64,000 bases of DNA, from the NCBI GenBank assembly GCA_031274525.1, contig JAISQA010000077.1, positions 1,194 through 65,193 of the forward strand, in the 5' to 3' direction. The stretch is from Candidatus Margulisiibacteriota bacterium (GTDB lineage: Bacteria; Margulisbacteria; Termititenacia; Termititenacales; Termititenacaceae). The translations under genes were made by a program, and so were the position numbers. Of this stretch, positions 27,089 to 36,938 are shown in pieces; the stretch's first letter is position 1, and every line of letters starts with the position of its first letter. The notes below the pieces were generated by a model. The model ran no database searches and was not told the origin of the DNA. It saw nothing but the letters and a program-made list of their open reading frames with translations.

Positions 27089-27233
27089 AAATACTCCTTG
27101 CGGGAATTATAACGCAAAACCCCGGCAAAAGTCAGATTGGCCGCGCGATATATTTCAGGGCCGCCGTGGTCAAAAATCCCGAGCGGCTTTCGCCGGTTTT
27201 GCCGGCCAGCGCGTCAATCTTGGGCCGCGCAGC

Positions 27234-28016
27234 TCAGACCTCTGCTAAATTAATTCTGGTTATTTTCGTGCATTTGCCCTGCACATCGATTTCCAGATAC
27301 ACGGCGTTGAAAACCAGCACGCCGTTTTCGACAACGTCAAACTTAGCTTTGAGGCCGGTCAAGAATCTTTTTTGCGCGGCCTCAGCGCTCATGCCGAGAT
27401 TGGAATCCCGCGCACCGGCCATGCCGGCATCCGTAAGGTAACCGGTGCCGCCGGGCAGGATCTGCTCGTCCGCGGTCTGCACATGCGTGTGCGTGCCCAG
27501 CACAGCGGACACCCGGCCGTCCAGATAAAAACCGAGAGCCTTTTTCTCCGAAGTAGCTTCGGCGTGAAAATCCACCAGCGTCGCGTCCGCCGGCGTCTTG
27601 CGTAAAAAATTATCCATAGTCTGGAAGGGACAATCCAGCGGCGTCTCGATAAAAGTCCGGCCCAGCACATTAACCACCGCCACCCGCATACCCTCGATGT
27701 CCAGCAGCACAAATCCCGCTCCGTATGTACATTTGGGATAATTCAGCGGCCGCGCCAGCAAAGGCATATTGACTATATCCTTGAAAATCTCTTTTTTGTC
27801 CCAGATATGATTGCCGCCGGTCAGGACTTGAATGCCCGGCTTATCCATCAACTCCTGATACACCGGCAAAGTCAGGCCAAACCCGCCCGCCGCGTTCTCG
27901 GCATTGGCAATGACCAGATTGGGCGCGTACTGTTCCCGCAGCTCCGGCAGGACTCTGGCCGCGGCTTTGCGCCCCGCCCCGCCGACAATATCGCCGATGA
28001 AGAGGACTTTTAGCAT
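27234..28016 (-). CDS. ymdB: 2',3'-cyclic-nucleotide 2'-phosphodiesterase YmdB (metallophosphoesterase)
   Basis: MLKVLFIGDIVG...ANAENAAGGFG...GGNHIWD...GTHTHVQTAD motifs of the YmdB/TIGR00282 family. It lies downstream of rny, as in Bacillus. Confidence 0.85.
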   Translation of the reverse strand: MLKVLFIGDIVGGAGRKAAARVLPELREQYAPNLVIANAENAAGGFGLTLPVYQELMDKPGIQVLTGGNHIWDKKEIFKDIVNMPLLARPLNYPKCTYGAGFVLLDIEGMRVAVVNVLGRTFIETPLDCPFQTMDNFLRKTPADATLVDFHAEATSEKKALGFYLDGRVSAVLGTHTHVQTADEQILPGGTGYLTDAGMAGARDSNLGMSAEAAQKRFLTGLKAKFDVVENGVLVFNAVYLEIDVQGKCTKITRINLAEV

Positions 28017-28037
28017 AAAAAATATCTATTCATTTAA

Positions 28038-28577
28038 TTAATGAAACGCATCTACATTTTGAGACACAGGAAAAGTCTTCATAAGCTCTACTTCCGCTGG
28101 ATTTAATAGGGCTGAACCGCCAAGCAAACCTATTACCACATCATAATTATAGAGCATTTGTAAAAAAATACTTGGTTGAGGATTTTCCGTATCACGCAAT
28201 TGATACCGTTCCATATTTTGCAAAACACCATCTCTCTTTTCGGCAAGAAATCTAAGAAAATTATCTTTGGCAGCTCCTTTATTTTGAATAGTATTAACAA
28301 ATCCCCTTACCGTTGACAACTCCACAAACCCATCTTCCTCTCCATCTAAAGTATCAACATAATCCAAAATTGTTCCAACAACTTCTTCATCACCATTTCT
28401 CATAACAGAAGCAAAACCAAACCCTATGGAAATAATTTTCACTGCTTGATTAAGTTCCGCATTGGTAGTTAAAAAATCTCTTTTTATAGATATCCTACCA
28501 TCTTTTTCTTTAACACCATTTGCACGATAAATATCCGCACTATTAAGTCTATTTAATATAGCATTTATTTCTACCAT
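28038..28577 (-). CDS. hypothetical protein (orphan, AT-rich)
   Basis: 179-aa ORF with no recognisable motif. Its base composition is clearly AT-richer than the flanking rny and ymdB. Confidence 0.45.
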   Translation of the reverse strand: MVEINAILNRLNSADIYRANGVKEKDGRISIKRDFLTTNAELNQAVKIISIGFGFASVMRNGDEEVVGTILDYVDTLDGEEDGFVELSTVRGFVNTIQNKGAAKDNFLRFLAEKRDGVLQNMERYQLRDTENPQPSIFLQMLYNYDVVIGLLGGSALLNPAEVELMKTFPVSQNVDAFH

Positions 28578-28590
28578 ACATCTCCTTTAT

Positions 28591-30123
28591 TTACTTTGCA
28601 AAATCCTGCACGCGGGTCTCGCGGATGACCGACACTTTGATCTGGCCGGGGTACTCCAGCTCGGCCTCGATCTTGCGCGCGATGTCGCGGGCGGTTTTCA
28701 GGGCGGCGCCGTCATCGACCACATCCGGCTTGACCATCACGCGGATCTCGCGGCCGGCCTGTATCGCAAAACTTTTCTCTACGCCGTTGAAGCTATTGGC
28801 GATCTGCTCCAGTTTTTCCATGCGCTTGATGTACGACTCGATAGCCTCGCGCCGCGCGCCCGGACGCGCCGCCGAGATCGCGTCAGCCACCATGACAATA
28901 ACCGCTTCGATCGTCTGCGGCGGCACTTCCTCGTGATGCGCCACCACCGCGTGAATGACCTCCTCGGACTCGCCGAGTTTTTTGAGCACCACGCCGCCCA
29001 GCTGCGCGTGCGTGCCTTCGTTCTCAAAATCAATGCCTTTGCCAATATCGTGCAGCAGTCCGGCGCGTTTGGCCAGCCGGTGATTGACGCCCAGCTCCTG
29101 AGCGATCAGATCGGCGATATGCGCCACCTCGATCGAGTGCTGCAGACAGTTCTGGCCGTAACTGGTGCGATAGGCCAACCGTCCGATCAAATCATAGGCT
29201 TTGGGCGAAAGATTCTGCACATCCAGATCCAGCGCTGTTTTCTCGCCGATCTCCTGAACTCTTTTGCTCAGTTCTTTGCGCATCTTTTCGACAGTTTCCT
29301 CAATGCGCGCCGGGTGAATACGCCCGTCCGTCACCAGCTGTTTCAAAGTCAATCTGGCGATCTCCCGGCGGATCGGGTCAAAACCGGAAAGCACCACGGC
29401 TTCCGGCGTATCATCGACCACCACATCAATGCCGGTCAGCTGCTCAAAAGTGCGGATATTGCGCCCCTCGCGGCCGATGATCCGGCCTTTCATATCATCA
29501 TTGGGCAGTTCGACCACAGAAGTCGTGTTTTCCACAATATTATCTATGGCGCAGCGCTTAATGGCCAGAGCCACGATATCCCGGGCCTTGCGCTCGCTGT
29601 TGCGTCTGGTCTCTTCTTCATAATCGCTGATCATTTTGGCGGCTTTGCTTTTTAATTCCTGTTCCAGATTGTCCATCAGCTGGCGCTTGGCTTCGTCTCT
29701 GGACAACGCAGCGATATTTTCCAGTTTATCCACCTGTTCTTTATACAGAACGTCCAGCTTACTGCGCTGGGTTTCCAGATTAACTTTGAGCTCGGTCACG
29801 GTTTTATCTTTATTCAGCAGATTAACTTCTTTTTCATCGATGCGGATTTCTTTCTGCGTCAGCCGCTGCTCGATCTGATTGAGCTCCGAACGGCGGTCGC
29901 GGACTTCTTTTTCAAACTCATTGCGCAGTTTGAGCAGCTCGTCCTTGTTTTTGATCTCGGCGCTTTTGGTAATATTTTCCGCTTTGAGCTCCGCTTCGGC
30001 GAGCATTTTCTTGACCTGCAGATCGGCGTTTTTCAGCTCCGAATCCGAAAGATATTTGGAATAAAGCAGCACCACCACGCCGCCGACCACCAATCCGACC
30101 ACTACTAAAATAAACTCTAACAT
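28591..30123 (-). CDS. rny: ribonuclease Y
   Basis: N-terminal TM helix, long coiled coil, KH domain (GREGRNIRTFEQLTGID) and HD domain (HSIEVAHIA...LLHDIGK). Confidence 0.9.
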   Translation of the reverse strand: MLEFILVVVGLVVGGVVVLLYSKYLSDSELKNADLQVKKMLAEAELKAENITKSAEIKNKDELLKLRNEFEKEVRDRRSELNQIEQRLTQKEIRIDEKEVNLLNKDKTVTELKVNLETQRSKLDVLYKEQVDKLENIAALSRDEAKRQLMDNLEQELKSKAAKMISDYEEETRRNSERKARDIVALAIKRCAIDNIVENTTSVVELPNDDMKGRIIGREGRNIRTFEQLTGIDVVVDDTPEAVVLSGFDPIRREIARLTLKQLVTDGRIHPARIEETVEKMRKELSKRVQEIGEKTALDLDVQNLSPKAYDLIGRLAYRTSYGQNCLQHSIEVAHIADLIAQELGVNHRLAKRAGLLHDIGKGIDFENEGTHAQLGGVVLKKLGESEEVIHAVVAHHEEVPPQTIEAVIVMVADAISAARPGARREAIESYIKRMEKLEQIANSFNGVEKSFAIQAGREIRVMVKPDVVDDGAALKTARDIARKIEAELEYPGQIKVSVIRETRVQDFAK

Positions 30124-30182
30124 TTCCTACCTCCTGTTTTAGGGCGCGATCCCGGTTCGAGGGCCGCGCCCCGGCAAAGCCT

Positions 30183-31292
30183 TTAGGCTTTTACTTTTGC
30201 TACCTGCTCCGTTTTTTCCGCCAGCTGCACCGGCGAAATACTCTGGATGTCCGGCTCATCGTCAAACAATTCCGGCTTAATTACTTCCCGGACTTTTTTA
30301 TCGAGCTCCTTGAACAGCGCCGGATTGTCTTTGAGATATTTCCGGGCATTCTCTTTGCCCTGCAGTCTGGTTTCACCGTAAATGAACCAGGCGCCGGACT
30401 TATCTATAATATTGAGTTTGACCGCCAGATCCAGCAAATCGCCTTCCCTTGAAATACCTGTGCCGAACATAATATCAAACTCGGCGGTTTTAAACGGCGG
30501 CGCGACTTTATTCTTGGCGACCTTTACTTTTACGCGATTACCCAGAAATTCCTCGCCGTCCTTCAGTATCTCTATACGGCGCACATCCAGCCGCACCGAA
30601 GAATAAAATTTCAGCGCCCGTCCGCCCGGCGTCGTCTCAGGATTGCCGAACATCACACCGATTTTTTCCCGCAGCTGATTGACAAAAACCACCACACAGC
30701 TGGATTTATTCACTATGGCCGTCAGCTTGCGCAAAGCCTGCGACATCAATCTGGCCTGCAGGCCCATAAACTGATCGCCCATTTCGCCCTCGATCTCGCT
30801 CTTGGGCACCAGCGCGGCGACCGAATCTATCACGATAATATCCACCGCGCCGCTGCGCACCAGCGTCTCGCAGATATCCAGCGCCTGCTCGCCGTAATCC
30901 GGCTGGGAGATCAAAAGATTATCCACATCCACGCCCAGATTTTTGGCGTAAGCCGGATCCATGGAGTTTTCCGCGTCGATATACGCCGCCGTGCCGCCTC
31001 TTTTCTGCGCCTCGGCCACGACATGCAGACAGACTGTCGTTTTGCCGGAAGACTCCGGCCCGTAAATCTCCACAATACGGCCTTTGGGTATGCCGCCGAT
31101 ACCCAGCGCATAATCCAGCGAGATAGACCCGGTCGGGATCGCGTCAACCACCATTTTGGTCGCCTCACCCATTTTCATAATCGCGCCTTTGCCGTGATTT
31201 TTTTCGATCTGTCCCAGCGCGATCTTCAGAGCCTTCAGCTTATCGCCGCTCATTTCACCTTTTTCTTCTTTTAAATTTTCTTTTACACTCAT
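30183..31292 (-). CDS. recA: recombinase RecA
   Basis: Walker [10 protein letters not shown], the L1/L2 regions and full-length conservation. I take the start at MSVKEN, which is preceded by AGGAGG. The longer ORF-track start lacks a Shine-Dalgarno sequence. Confidence 0.95.
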   Translation of the reverse strand: MSVKENLKEEKGEMSGDKLKALKIALGQIEKNHGKGAIMKMGEATKMVVDAIPTGSISLDYALGIGGIPKGRIVEIYGPESSGKTTVCLHVVAEAQKRGGTAAYIDAENSMDPAYAKNLGVDVDNLLISQPDYGEQALDICETLVRSGAVDIIVIDSVAALVPKSEIEGEMGDQFMGLQARLMSQALRKLTAIVNKSSCVVVFVNQLREKIGVMFGNPETTPGGRALKFYSSVRLDVRRIEILKDGEEFLGNRVKVKVAKNKVAPPFKTAEFDIMFGTGISREGDLLDLAVKLNIIDKSGAWFIYGETRLQGKENARKYLKDNPALFKELDKKVREVIKPELFDDEPDIQSISPVQLAEKTEQVAKVKA

Positions 31293-31355
31293 AATTCCTC
31301 CTAAAAATAATATTGTCTTGCAGGACAATTATCCGGGCAAAGGCCAATTTACCCG

Positions 31356-31889
31356 CTACTCCACATCTTTCAAATACAGCCAGAGGACGCTTAAAGCCGC
31401 CTGCGCCGCTTTTTTCTGGATCTCCTCGCGGCTGCCCTCCAGCGCAAACTCTTTAACTATGTCCCGTTCCTTATCCACCACGGCCACAAAAACCGTGCCG
31501 ACCGGACGGCCGCCGTGGGCTTCCGGTCCGGCCACCCCCGTGACCCCCAGCCCGATCTGCGTATACAAACGCCGGCTGATCCCCCGCGCCAGACCCAGCG
31601 CCGCCTGCTCCGACACCAGACCGTGTTCGGCAATGGTTTTCGGCGCTATGCCGGTCTGAATAATCTTGGCCTGCGGCGTATAACAAACCGCGCCGCCGAC
31701 AAAATATTCCGAACTGCCCGGCTGAGAGGTCAACATTCTGCTGAGCAGGCCGCCGGTGAGCGATTCGGCCACCGCCAGAGAGCTTTTTTTTTCTCTCAGC
31801 GTGTTATAAATCCGCTGTTCCAGACTGGCGTCAAACTCCAGATTGGCGCGATCCATAAAAAACTGAAACTGCTCCGTCTGTTCAGCCAT
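31356..31889 (-). CDS. CinA C-terminal domain protein (nicotinamide-nucleotide amidohydrolase PncC-like)
   Basis: LAVAESLTGGLLS motif and conserved C-terminal region. Located upstream of recA as in many Gram-positives. Confidence 0.8.
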   Translation of the reverse strand: MAEQTEQFQFFMDRANLEFDASLEQRIYNTLREKKSSLAVAESLTGGLLSRMLTSQPGSSEYFVGGAVCYTPQAKIIQTGIAPKTIAEHGLVSEQAALGLARGISRRLYTQIGLGVTGVAGPEAHGGRPVGTVFVAVVDKERDIVKEFALEGSREEIQKKAAQAALSVLWLYLKDVE

Positions 31890-31890
31890 A

Positions 31891-32391
31891 CTATCTCAAA
31901 TAACCCCGGTTCACCCAGAAGTATTCCACTCCCGAAGCGAGCGCCAGCACCACAGACCCGTAATATACTTCTTTGCCCAGCGGCCAGGAGGCCAAAAGCA
32001 AAAACAAGGCCAGCATTTGCGCGGCGGTTTTCCATTTGGCCAGCGGACTGGCCGCCAGCATTGCGCCGCCCTTTTCCCGTACCGCCAGCCGCAGACCCAT
32101 TACCGCAAATTCCCGGCCGACCAGAGCGAGCACGGAAAAAACCTCGACCCGCAGCTGCACCGCCAGCAAGATCAGAACCGTCAGCACCAAAAGCTTATCC
32201 GCCAGCGGGTCCAGAAATTTACCCAGCTCCGTGGCCTGCGCAAATTTTCTGGCAACAAAACCGTCCAGCCAGTCGGTCAACGCCGCCAGCGCAAAGACCA
32301 GCGCCGACCACAGGTCGTTCACATACATCAGCAATATAACGACAGGAATGAACAGGACGCGCAGCAGAGTCAACGCCAGCGCGTAATTCAA
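31891..32391 (-). CDS. pgsA: CDP-diacylglycerol--glycerol-3-phosphate 3-phosphatidyltransferase
   Basis: CDP-alcohol phosphotransferase motif D.LDG..AR......G...D..AD in a 166-aa membrane protein. Confidence 0.85.
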   Translation of the reverse strand: MNYALALTLLRVLFIPVVILLMYVNDLWSALVFALAALTDWLDGFVARKFAQATELGKFLDPLADKLLVLTVLILLAVQLRVEVFSVLALVGREFAVMGLRLAVREKGGAMLAASPLAKWKTAAQMLALFLLLASWPLGKEVYYGSVVLALASGVEYFWVNRGYLR

Positions 32392-33689
32392 GGCAGGGCT
32401 TCTGCTTTCAGGATATAACCCTGCGCGCCGGTAATTTTAACCCCGGCGAAAGAGCCCGGAGACAGGCGGGGCGTAATTGTCACGCCGCCGTCGATATCCG
32501 GCGCCTCATACTGGCTGCGGCCAAATTGAGGCATATCCATTAAAACTTTTACATGCAGGCCTATCATTTTTTTATTCTTCCTATCAATTACTCTGCTTTG
32601 CGCTGCTGTCAATTCCGCACTACGGCGGTCTTTTACCGCCCGGGGCAGCTGTCCTGTCAACGCTGCCGCTTTAGTGCCCTTTTCCCGGCAGTAGGCGAAA
32701 ACACCTACTTTACTAAACTCGTACTCCTCCACAAAATCTTTCAGCCGCTTAAAATCCGCTTCGGTCTCCCCCGGATACCCGACAATAAAATTCGTCCGGA
32801 GCGCCAGATCGGGGATCAATTCCCGGATCAGCTTAATTTTGGCTCTAATAAGCGCTTCCGTATCAGACCGGCCCATGCTTTGCAGAACATTATTCGAGAC
32901 GTGCTGAAGCGGCATATCCAGATAATGGCAAATTTTCGCTTCCCCGGCCATTACCTCCAGTATCTCCGGCGTGATCCGCTCTGGATAGGCATACATCAGC
33001 CGTATCCACACCAGCCCCTCGACTTTCGTCAGGCTTTTGAGCAAATCCGCCAGCCGATACGCGCTGTAAAGATCAATACCGTAAGAGGTAGTATCCTGTG
33101 CCACCAGAGATACCTCCCGGACACCTCTGGAAGCCATACTTTCGGCTTCCAAAATTATATCATCTATCGGCTTGGAGCGGTAGCCCCCGCGCAAACGCGG
33201 TATAGTGCAAAAAGTGCAGGAATTGTCGCAGCCGTCGGCGATCTTGAGATAGGCGCTGTGCGGCAGGGTCGCCGGAAAACGGTATTCCTGACGGGTCAAA
33301 ATACGGGGAATAGATAAATTGAGCGCCGAGCGGAGTCGAGGCGCGCCCTCGACCGCCTTGATAATACCTCTGGCATCACCCACGCCGACCAGCGCGTCGA
33401 TTTCGGGGAATTTTTTTAATAATTTCTCCCTTTCCCGCTGCACCAGACAGCCCGCCACAATTATGCGGCCAAAATAACCCTGTTTTTTCAGCGCGATCAG
33501 CTTTTTTATTTCCGCCTGCGCCTCTTTGACAGCCGGGCCGATAAAAGCGCAGGTGTTGAGCAGGGCGATATCCGCCGGCGGCTCACCGGTCACCACCCGG
33601 TACCCGCTGGCCTGCAAAATACCGAGCATCTCCTCGGTGTCGGTGAGGTTTTTGGGACAGCCCAGACTAATGGGGAAGATGGAAGGCAT
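32388..33689 (-). CDS. rimO: ribosomal protein S12 methylthiotransferase RimO (MiaB-family radical SAM)
   Basis: N-terminal MTTase domain (SLGCPKNLTDTE), radical SAM CDNSCTFC cluster and a TRAM-like C-terminus. The rimO-pgsA-cinA-recA synteny is intact. Confidence 0.8.
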   Translation of the reverse strand: MPSIFPISLGCPKNLTDTEEMLGILQASGYRVVTGEPPADIALLNTCAFIGPAVKEAQAEIKKLIALKKQGYFGRIIVAGCLVQREREKLLKKFPEIDALVGVGDARGIIKAVEGAPRLRSALNLSIPRILTRQEYRFPATLPHSAYLKIADGCDNSCTFCTIPRLRGGYRSKPIDDIILEAESMASRGVREVSLVAQDTTSYGIDLYSAYRLADLLKSLTKVEGLVWIRLMYAYPERITPEILEVMAGEAKICHYLDMPLQHVSNNVLQSMGRSDTEALIRAKIKLIRELIPDLALRTNFIVGYPGETEADFKRLKDFVEEYEFSKVGVFAYCREKGTKAAALTGQLPRAVKDRRSAELTAAQSRVIDRKNKKMIGLHVKVLMDMPQFGRSQYEAPDIDGGVTITPRLSPGSFAGVKITGAQGYILKAEALP

Positions 33690-34319
33690 TTAGCCGCCTA
33701 TGTTTGCAAAAGCGATTCTTATGTACTCTTTAGACGCCTCTGCTTCTTCCGCATTAGTAATCTCCAGCTCAAAATCACCAGTTCCATAATGACCGATATT
33801 AGACACATCACGACCATTATGCGGAATTGGCCCATCAACTCCGGGCTTAACTTTTAAATACATTATTAATTTATTTTTCTTTATTTCCACACATACAAAA
33901 TTTTGACTCAATTTATAGGCAATATAAAACTTCTTAGGTACTTCTTCTATTTCTTTCGTACGCTCGTAGCCTACTCTGGCCAGCCAGCGCTTAAACGGCT
34001 CGGCCTTAGAACTGGGAATAGATTGAATAATACGAAAAACACCCTCGGTATTAGCACAATTTAGTTTTTGCGCTCCTCCGGCAGTATCCAATAAAAGGGG
34101 GGTGGCAATTTGCCCCCACCCTTTGGCCAGCTCAGGATCACGCCGCCGCATATCTTTCAAATATCCAGCCGGCTGTAAAGAATCTGTCAAGGCCGCGACA
34201 ACATCCACTATACAAAACCACCATTCAGCATTGTGCAGGATACGGCGGATTTTCTTGTCCCTAAAAACAACCAGCTGACTGGCGCTGTCCATATGCGGAT
34301 TGTCTGTCTGCTTGCTCAT
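33690..34319 (-). CDS. Bro-N (phage antirepressor N-terminal) domain protein with C-terminal DUF5655-like domain
   Basis: N-terminal FRDKKIRRILHNAEWWFCIVDVVAAL resembles the Bro-N motif. The C-terminal YIAYKLSQNF...NIGHYGTGDFELE is homologous to the C-terminus of the 21712..22626 protein. The gene is lower in GC and abuts rimO with no gap. Confidence 0.5.
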   Translation of the reverse strand: MSKQTDNPHMDSASQLVVFRDKKIRRILHNAEWWFCIVDVVAALTDSLQPAGYLKDMRRRDPELAKGWGQIATPLLLDTAGGAQKLNCANTEGVFRIIQSIPSSKAEPFKRWLARVGYERTKEIEEVPKKFYIAYKLSQNFVCVEIKKNKLIMYLKVKPGVDGPIPHNGRDVSNIGHYGTGDFELEITNAEEAEASKEYIRIAFANIGG

Positions 34320-34343
34320 CTCAAATAGTTTAACAGAAACTTC

Positions 34344-34775
34344 TCAGTATTTCAGCGGTATCCCAAAATCTTCTGATTGGAAGTTTGCATAATATCGGCC
34401 TGAATTTGCCGTAAATTTCAGCACGCAATAATCCGGGGCGGTGACGCCTTTAGAGTAATACATAGTGTCGCCGTCCCGCCAAATCATTTTTTTGCTGGCG
34501 GCGTCGGTCAGCACCTGCATTTTGCCGGTCAGCAGCACGCCGCGGAAAAATCTCGCGTCACAAAAGTAAATACAGGCTTGCGGATTTTTACGGTACTGCT
34601 TAACCCGCAGAGACGAAGTATTGGTCGTGAAATAAAAGGCCTGCCAGCCCTCGCGCTGGCGCGGCGGGAGCATAGCTTTGACATTGGGGAAACCGTTCGC
34701 ATCTATTGAGCCGATAAAGGCCGTGCTTTGTTTATCGATCAGCTTGCCGATGGTCTGTTCCGGGTCTTTCAGCAT
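34344..34775 (-). CDS. pyridoxamine 5'-phosphate oxidase-family FMN-binding protein (general stress protein 26-like)
   Basis: 143 aa with a split-barrel pattern (AFIGSIDANGFPNVKAM...ACIYFCD). Confidence 0.55.
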   Translation of the reverse strand: MLKDPEQTIGKLIDKQSTAFIGSIDANGFPNVKAMLPPRQREGWQAFYFTTNTSSLRVKQYRKNPQACIYFCDARFFRGVLLTGKMQVLTDAASKKMIWRDGDTMYYSKGVTAPDYCVLKFTANSGRYYANFQSEDFGIPLKY

Positions 34776-34791
34776 TACTTTTGCCCGCCTC

Positions 34792-35283
34792 TTATCGATA
34801 ATTCGTAAATGTCAGTGCAATACCCAAACCGGCGCCGCGCAGAGCCTGCATAACTTTCTGCAGGTCGTCCTTGCTTTTGCCGGAAACCCGTATGGCTTCG
34901 CCCTGTATCTGGGAATTAACTTTCAGTTTCAAATCCTTGATGTATTGATTTATTTCTCTGGCTTTTTCACGGTCAATGCCTTTTTTTATTTTGACCTGCT
35001 GCTTGACCGTGCCGCCCAGTGCATCCTCGGTCTTCTGTCCAAAATCAAAAAAAGCCGGATCGACGCCCTGTTTGATAGCCTTTAGTTTGAACATATCCAG
35101 CATCGCGCCGACTTTGTAATCGTCCTCCGCTTTGAAAAGCAGCTCCAGATCGTTCAGCTCGACCGCGGCCGCGCTCCCGCGAAAATCATAACGCGTGCCG
35201 ATCTCCTTACGCGTCGTGTTCAGCGCATTATTGATGAGCTGCATGTCCGGCTCAGAAACTACATCAAAAGAACTATCCGCCAT
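34792..35283 (-). CDS. yajQ: YajQ-family (UPF0234) nucleotide-binding protein
   Basis: SFDVVSE..D.QL.NA....KE...RYDF motif and a 163-aa length. Confidence 0.8.
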   Translation of the reverse strand: MADSSFDVVSEPDMQLINNALNTTRKEIGTRYDFRGSAAAVELNDLELLFKAEDDYKVGAMLDMFKLKAIKQGVDPAFFDFGQKTEDALGGTVKQQVKIKKGIDREKAREINQYIKDLKLKVNSQIQGEAIRVSGKSKDDLQKVMQALRGAGLGIALTFTNYR

Positions 35284-35328
35284 AGGCAGGAATTATAGCA
35301 TAAATTTGTAAGAAGCCGCGGCGCGCGC

Positions 35329-36138
35329 CTACAGAATTATCGTCCTGTTCCCGCAGACGAACAAGCGGTCATGGAGAAAATAACGCACGGCCGCCGCCAG
35401 CACCTGCCGCTCCAGATCGCGGCCTTTGGTGATGAGGTCAGCCACCGTGTCGCGGTGCGAGATCTCGGCGACATTCTGCTGAATGATCGGCCCCTGATCC
35501 AGATCCGCCGTGGCAAAATGCGCCGTCGCGCCGATAATCTTCACGCCGCGCTGATAGGCCTGATGATAGGGTTTCGCGCCCTTAAAAGCCGGCAGAAAAG
35601 AATGATGCACATTGATAATCTTCTGCGGATAGGCGCGGATAAATGCCGGGCTGAGGATCTGCATATATCTGGCCAGAATAATCAGCTCAATTTTCTGCTC
35701 TTTGAGCAGCGCTAGCTGCTTTTTTTCATTGCCCGGCAGACAGTAAAATTCTTTCCCAAAAGCGGCGGCGATATAACGCAAATCCTCGTGATTGCTGATC
35801 ACCGCCCCGAACTCGCAATTCAGCTCGCCGCTGCGCTGGCGCAAAAGCAAATCATACAGACAATGGTCATATTTAGAAACAAATACCGCCGCGCGCTTTT
35901 TCTGATCAGAAAAAGTCAGGGAGATCCGGCCAAATTTTTGCAGAGCGCTGGCGATCTCTGCGGCGGGCAGTTTGAAGCCGGTCAAATCCCACTCCAGCCG
36001 CATAAAGAACCTTTTCCGGGCCGGGTCGGTGTACTGGTCAAGGTTGATAATATTCCCGCCGTTTTTCGCAATAAAATTGGTAACGGCGGCGACCAGTCCT
36101 TTTTTGTCCGGGCAGGTCAGTCGGAGCACGGCATTCAC
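35329..36138 (-). CDS. purU: formyltetrahydrofolate deformylase
   Basis: N-terminal ACT domain (LRLTCPDKKGLVAAVTNFIAKNGGNI) followed by a formyltransferase domain with NVHHSFLPAFKG. Confidence 0.85.
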   Translation of the reverse strand: MNAVLRLTCPDKKGLVAAVTNFIAKNGGNIINLDQYTDPARKRFFMRLEWDLTGFKLPAAEIASALQKFGRISLTFSDQKKRAAVFVSKYDHCLYDLLLRQRSGELNCEFGAVISNHEDLRYIAAAFGKEFYCLPGNEKKQLALLKEQKIELIILARYMQILSPAFIRAYPQKIINVHHSFLPAFKGAKPYHQAYQRGVKIIGATAHFATADLDQGPIIQQNVAEISHRDTVADLITKGRDLERQVLAAAVRYFLHDRLFVCGNRTIIL

Positions 36139-36869
36139 AGCAGTTTCTCCAGACCGTAAATCAGGCCCTGTTTAGCAATAATTTTTTTACAGGCCAGCAG
36201 GACGCCGGGCATAAAAGACTCCCGGTCTATCGTCTCATGGCGCAAAACGAGCCGCTGGCCCGGCGCACCCAGGATCACTTCCTGCGTGGCGACAAACCCG
36301 GGCAGCCGCACCGCGTGGATGCGCACATTGCCGACCCGCGCGCCCTGCGAACGCTCCGCTAAAAACTCCCTGCTTTCCACCGCCGGCGGTCTGGTCTGAC
36401 CGACAGCTTCGTTAATTAACTGTGCGGTCTTAATGGCCGTGCCGGACGGCGCGTCGGCTTTGTGCTCGTGATGATATTCGACGATCTCCACGCTGGACAT
36501 ATATCTGGCCGCCTGCGCCGCAAACTGCATCAGCAGCACCGCGCCGATGCCGAAATTGGGCGCAATGAGCACACCGCGTTTTAATTTTTTGCTTTCCGCA
36601 TCAATAGCCTGCAAATCCTCGTCCGTAAAACCGGTCGTGCCGACTACGGCCTGCGCGCCGTTATTGATAATCGTCCGCACGCTGGCCATGCGCGCCTCGG
36701 GATGTGTGAAGTCAATAACCACGTCCGCTCCGGTCTTTTTGAGCAGCGCGCCGAGGTCGTCGCCGGCATCAGTCTGCCCCGCCAGCTCCAGTTCCGCGTC
36801 AGCCTGCACCGCGGCAACGCTGGTCTGTCCCATTTTACCTTTGGCGCCGTTGACGATAATTTTGAGCAT
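36135..36869 (-). CDS. dapB: 4-hydroxy-tetrahydrodipicolinate reductase
   Basis: N-terminal GAKGKMG Rossmann motif and DapB C-terminal region. I take the start at MLKII, which is preceded by GGAG. Confidence 0.85.
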   Translation of the reverse strand: MLKIIVNGAKGKMGQTSVAAVQADAELELAGQTDAGDDLGALLKKTGADVVIDFTHPEARMASVRTIINNGAQAVVGTTGFTDEDLQAIDAESKKLKRGVLIAPNFGIGAVLLMQFAAQAARYMSSVEIVEYHHEHKADAPSGTAIKTAQLINEAVGQTRPPAVESREFLAERSQGARVGNVRIHAVRLPGFVATQEVILGAPGQRLVLRHETIDRESFMPGVLLACKKIIAKQGLIYGLEKLL

Positions 36870-36938
36870 AAGGCACTCCCTGTCCGTTATTATATAGCCT
36901 TTGCGCTCATCCGTCACAGGCTGTAAAATATATCCGGC

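Noticed and set aside
30141-30182. GC hairpin (GGGCGCG...CGCGCCC) downstream of recA as a terminator
   Set aside because: There is no U-tract after the stem on the minus strand. It may be a processing or stability hairpin rather than an intrinsic terminator.
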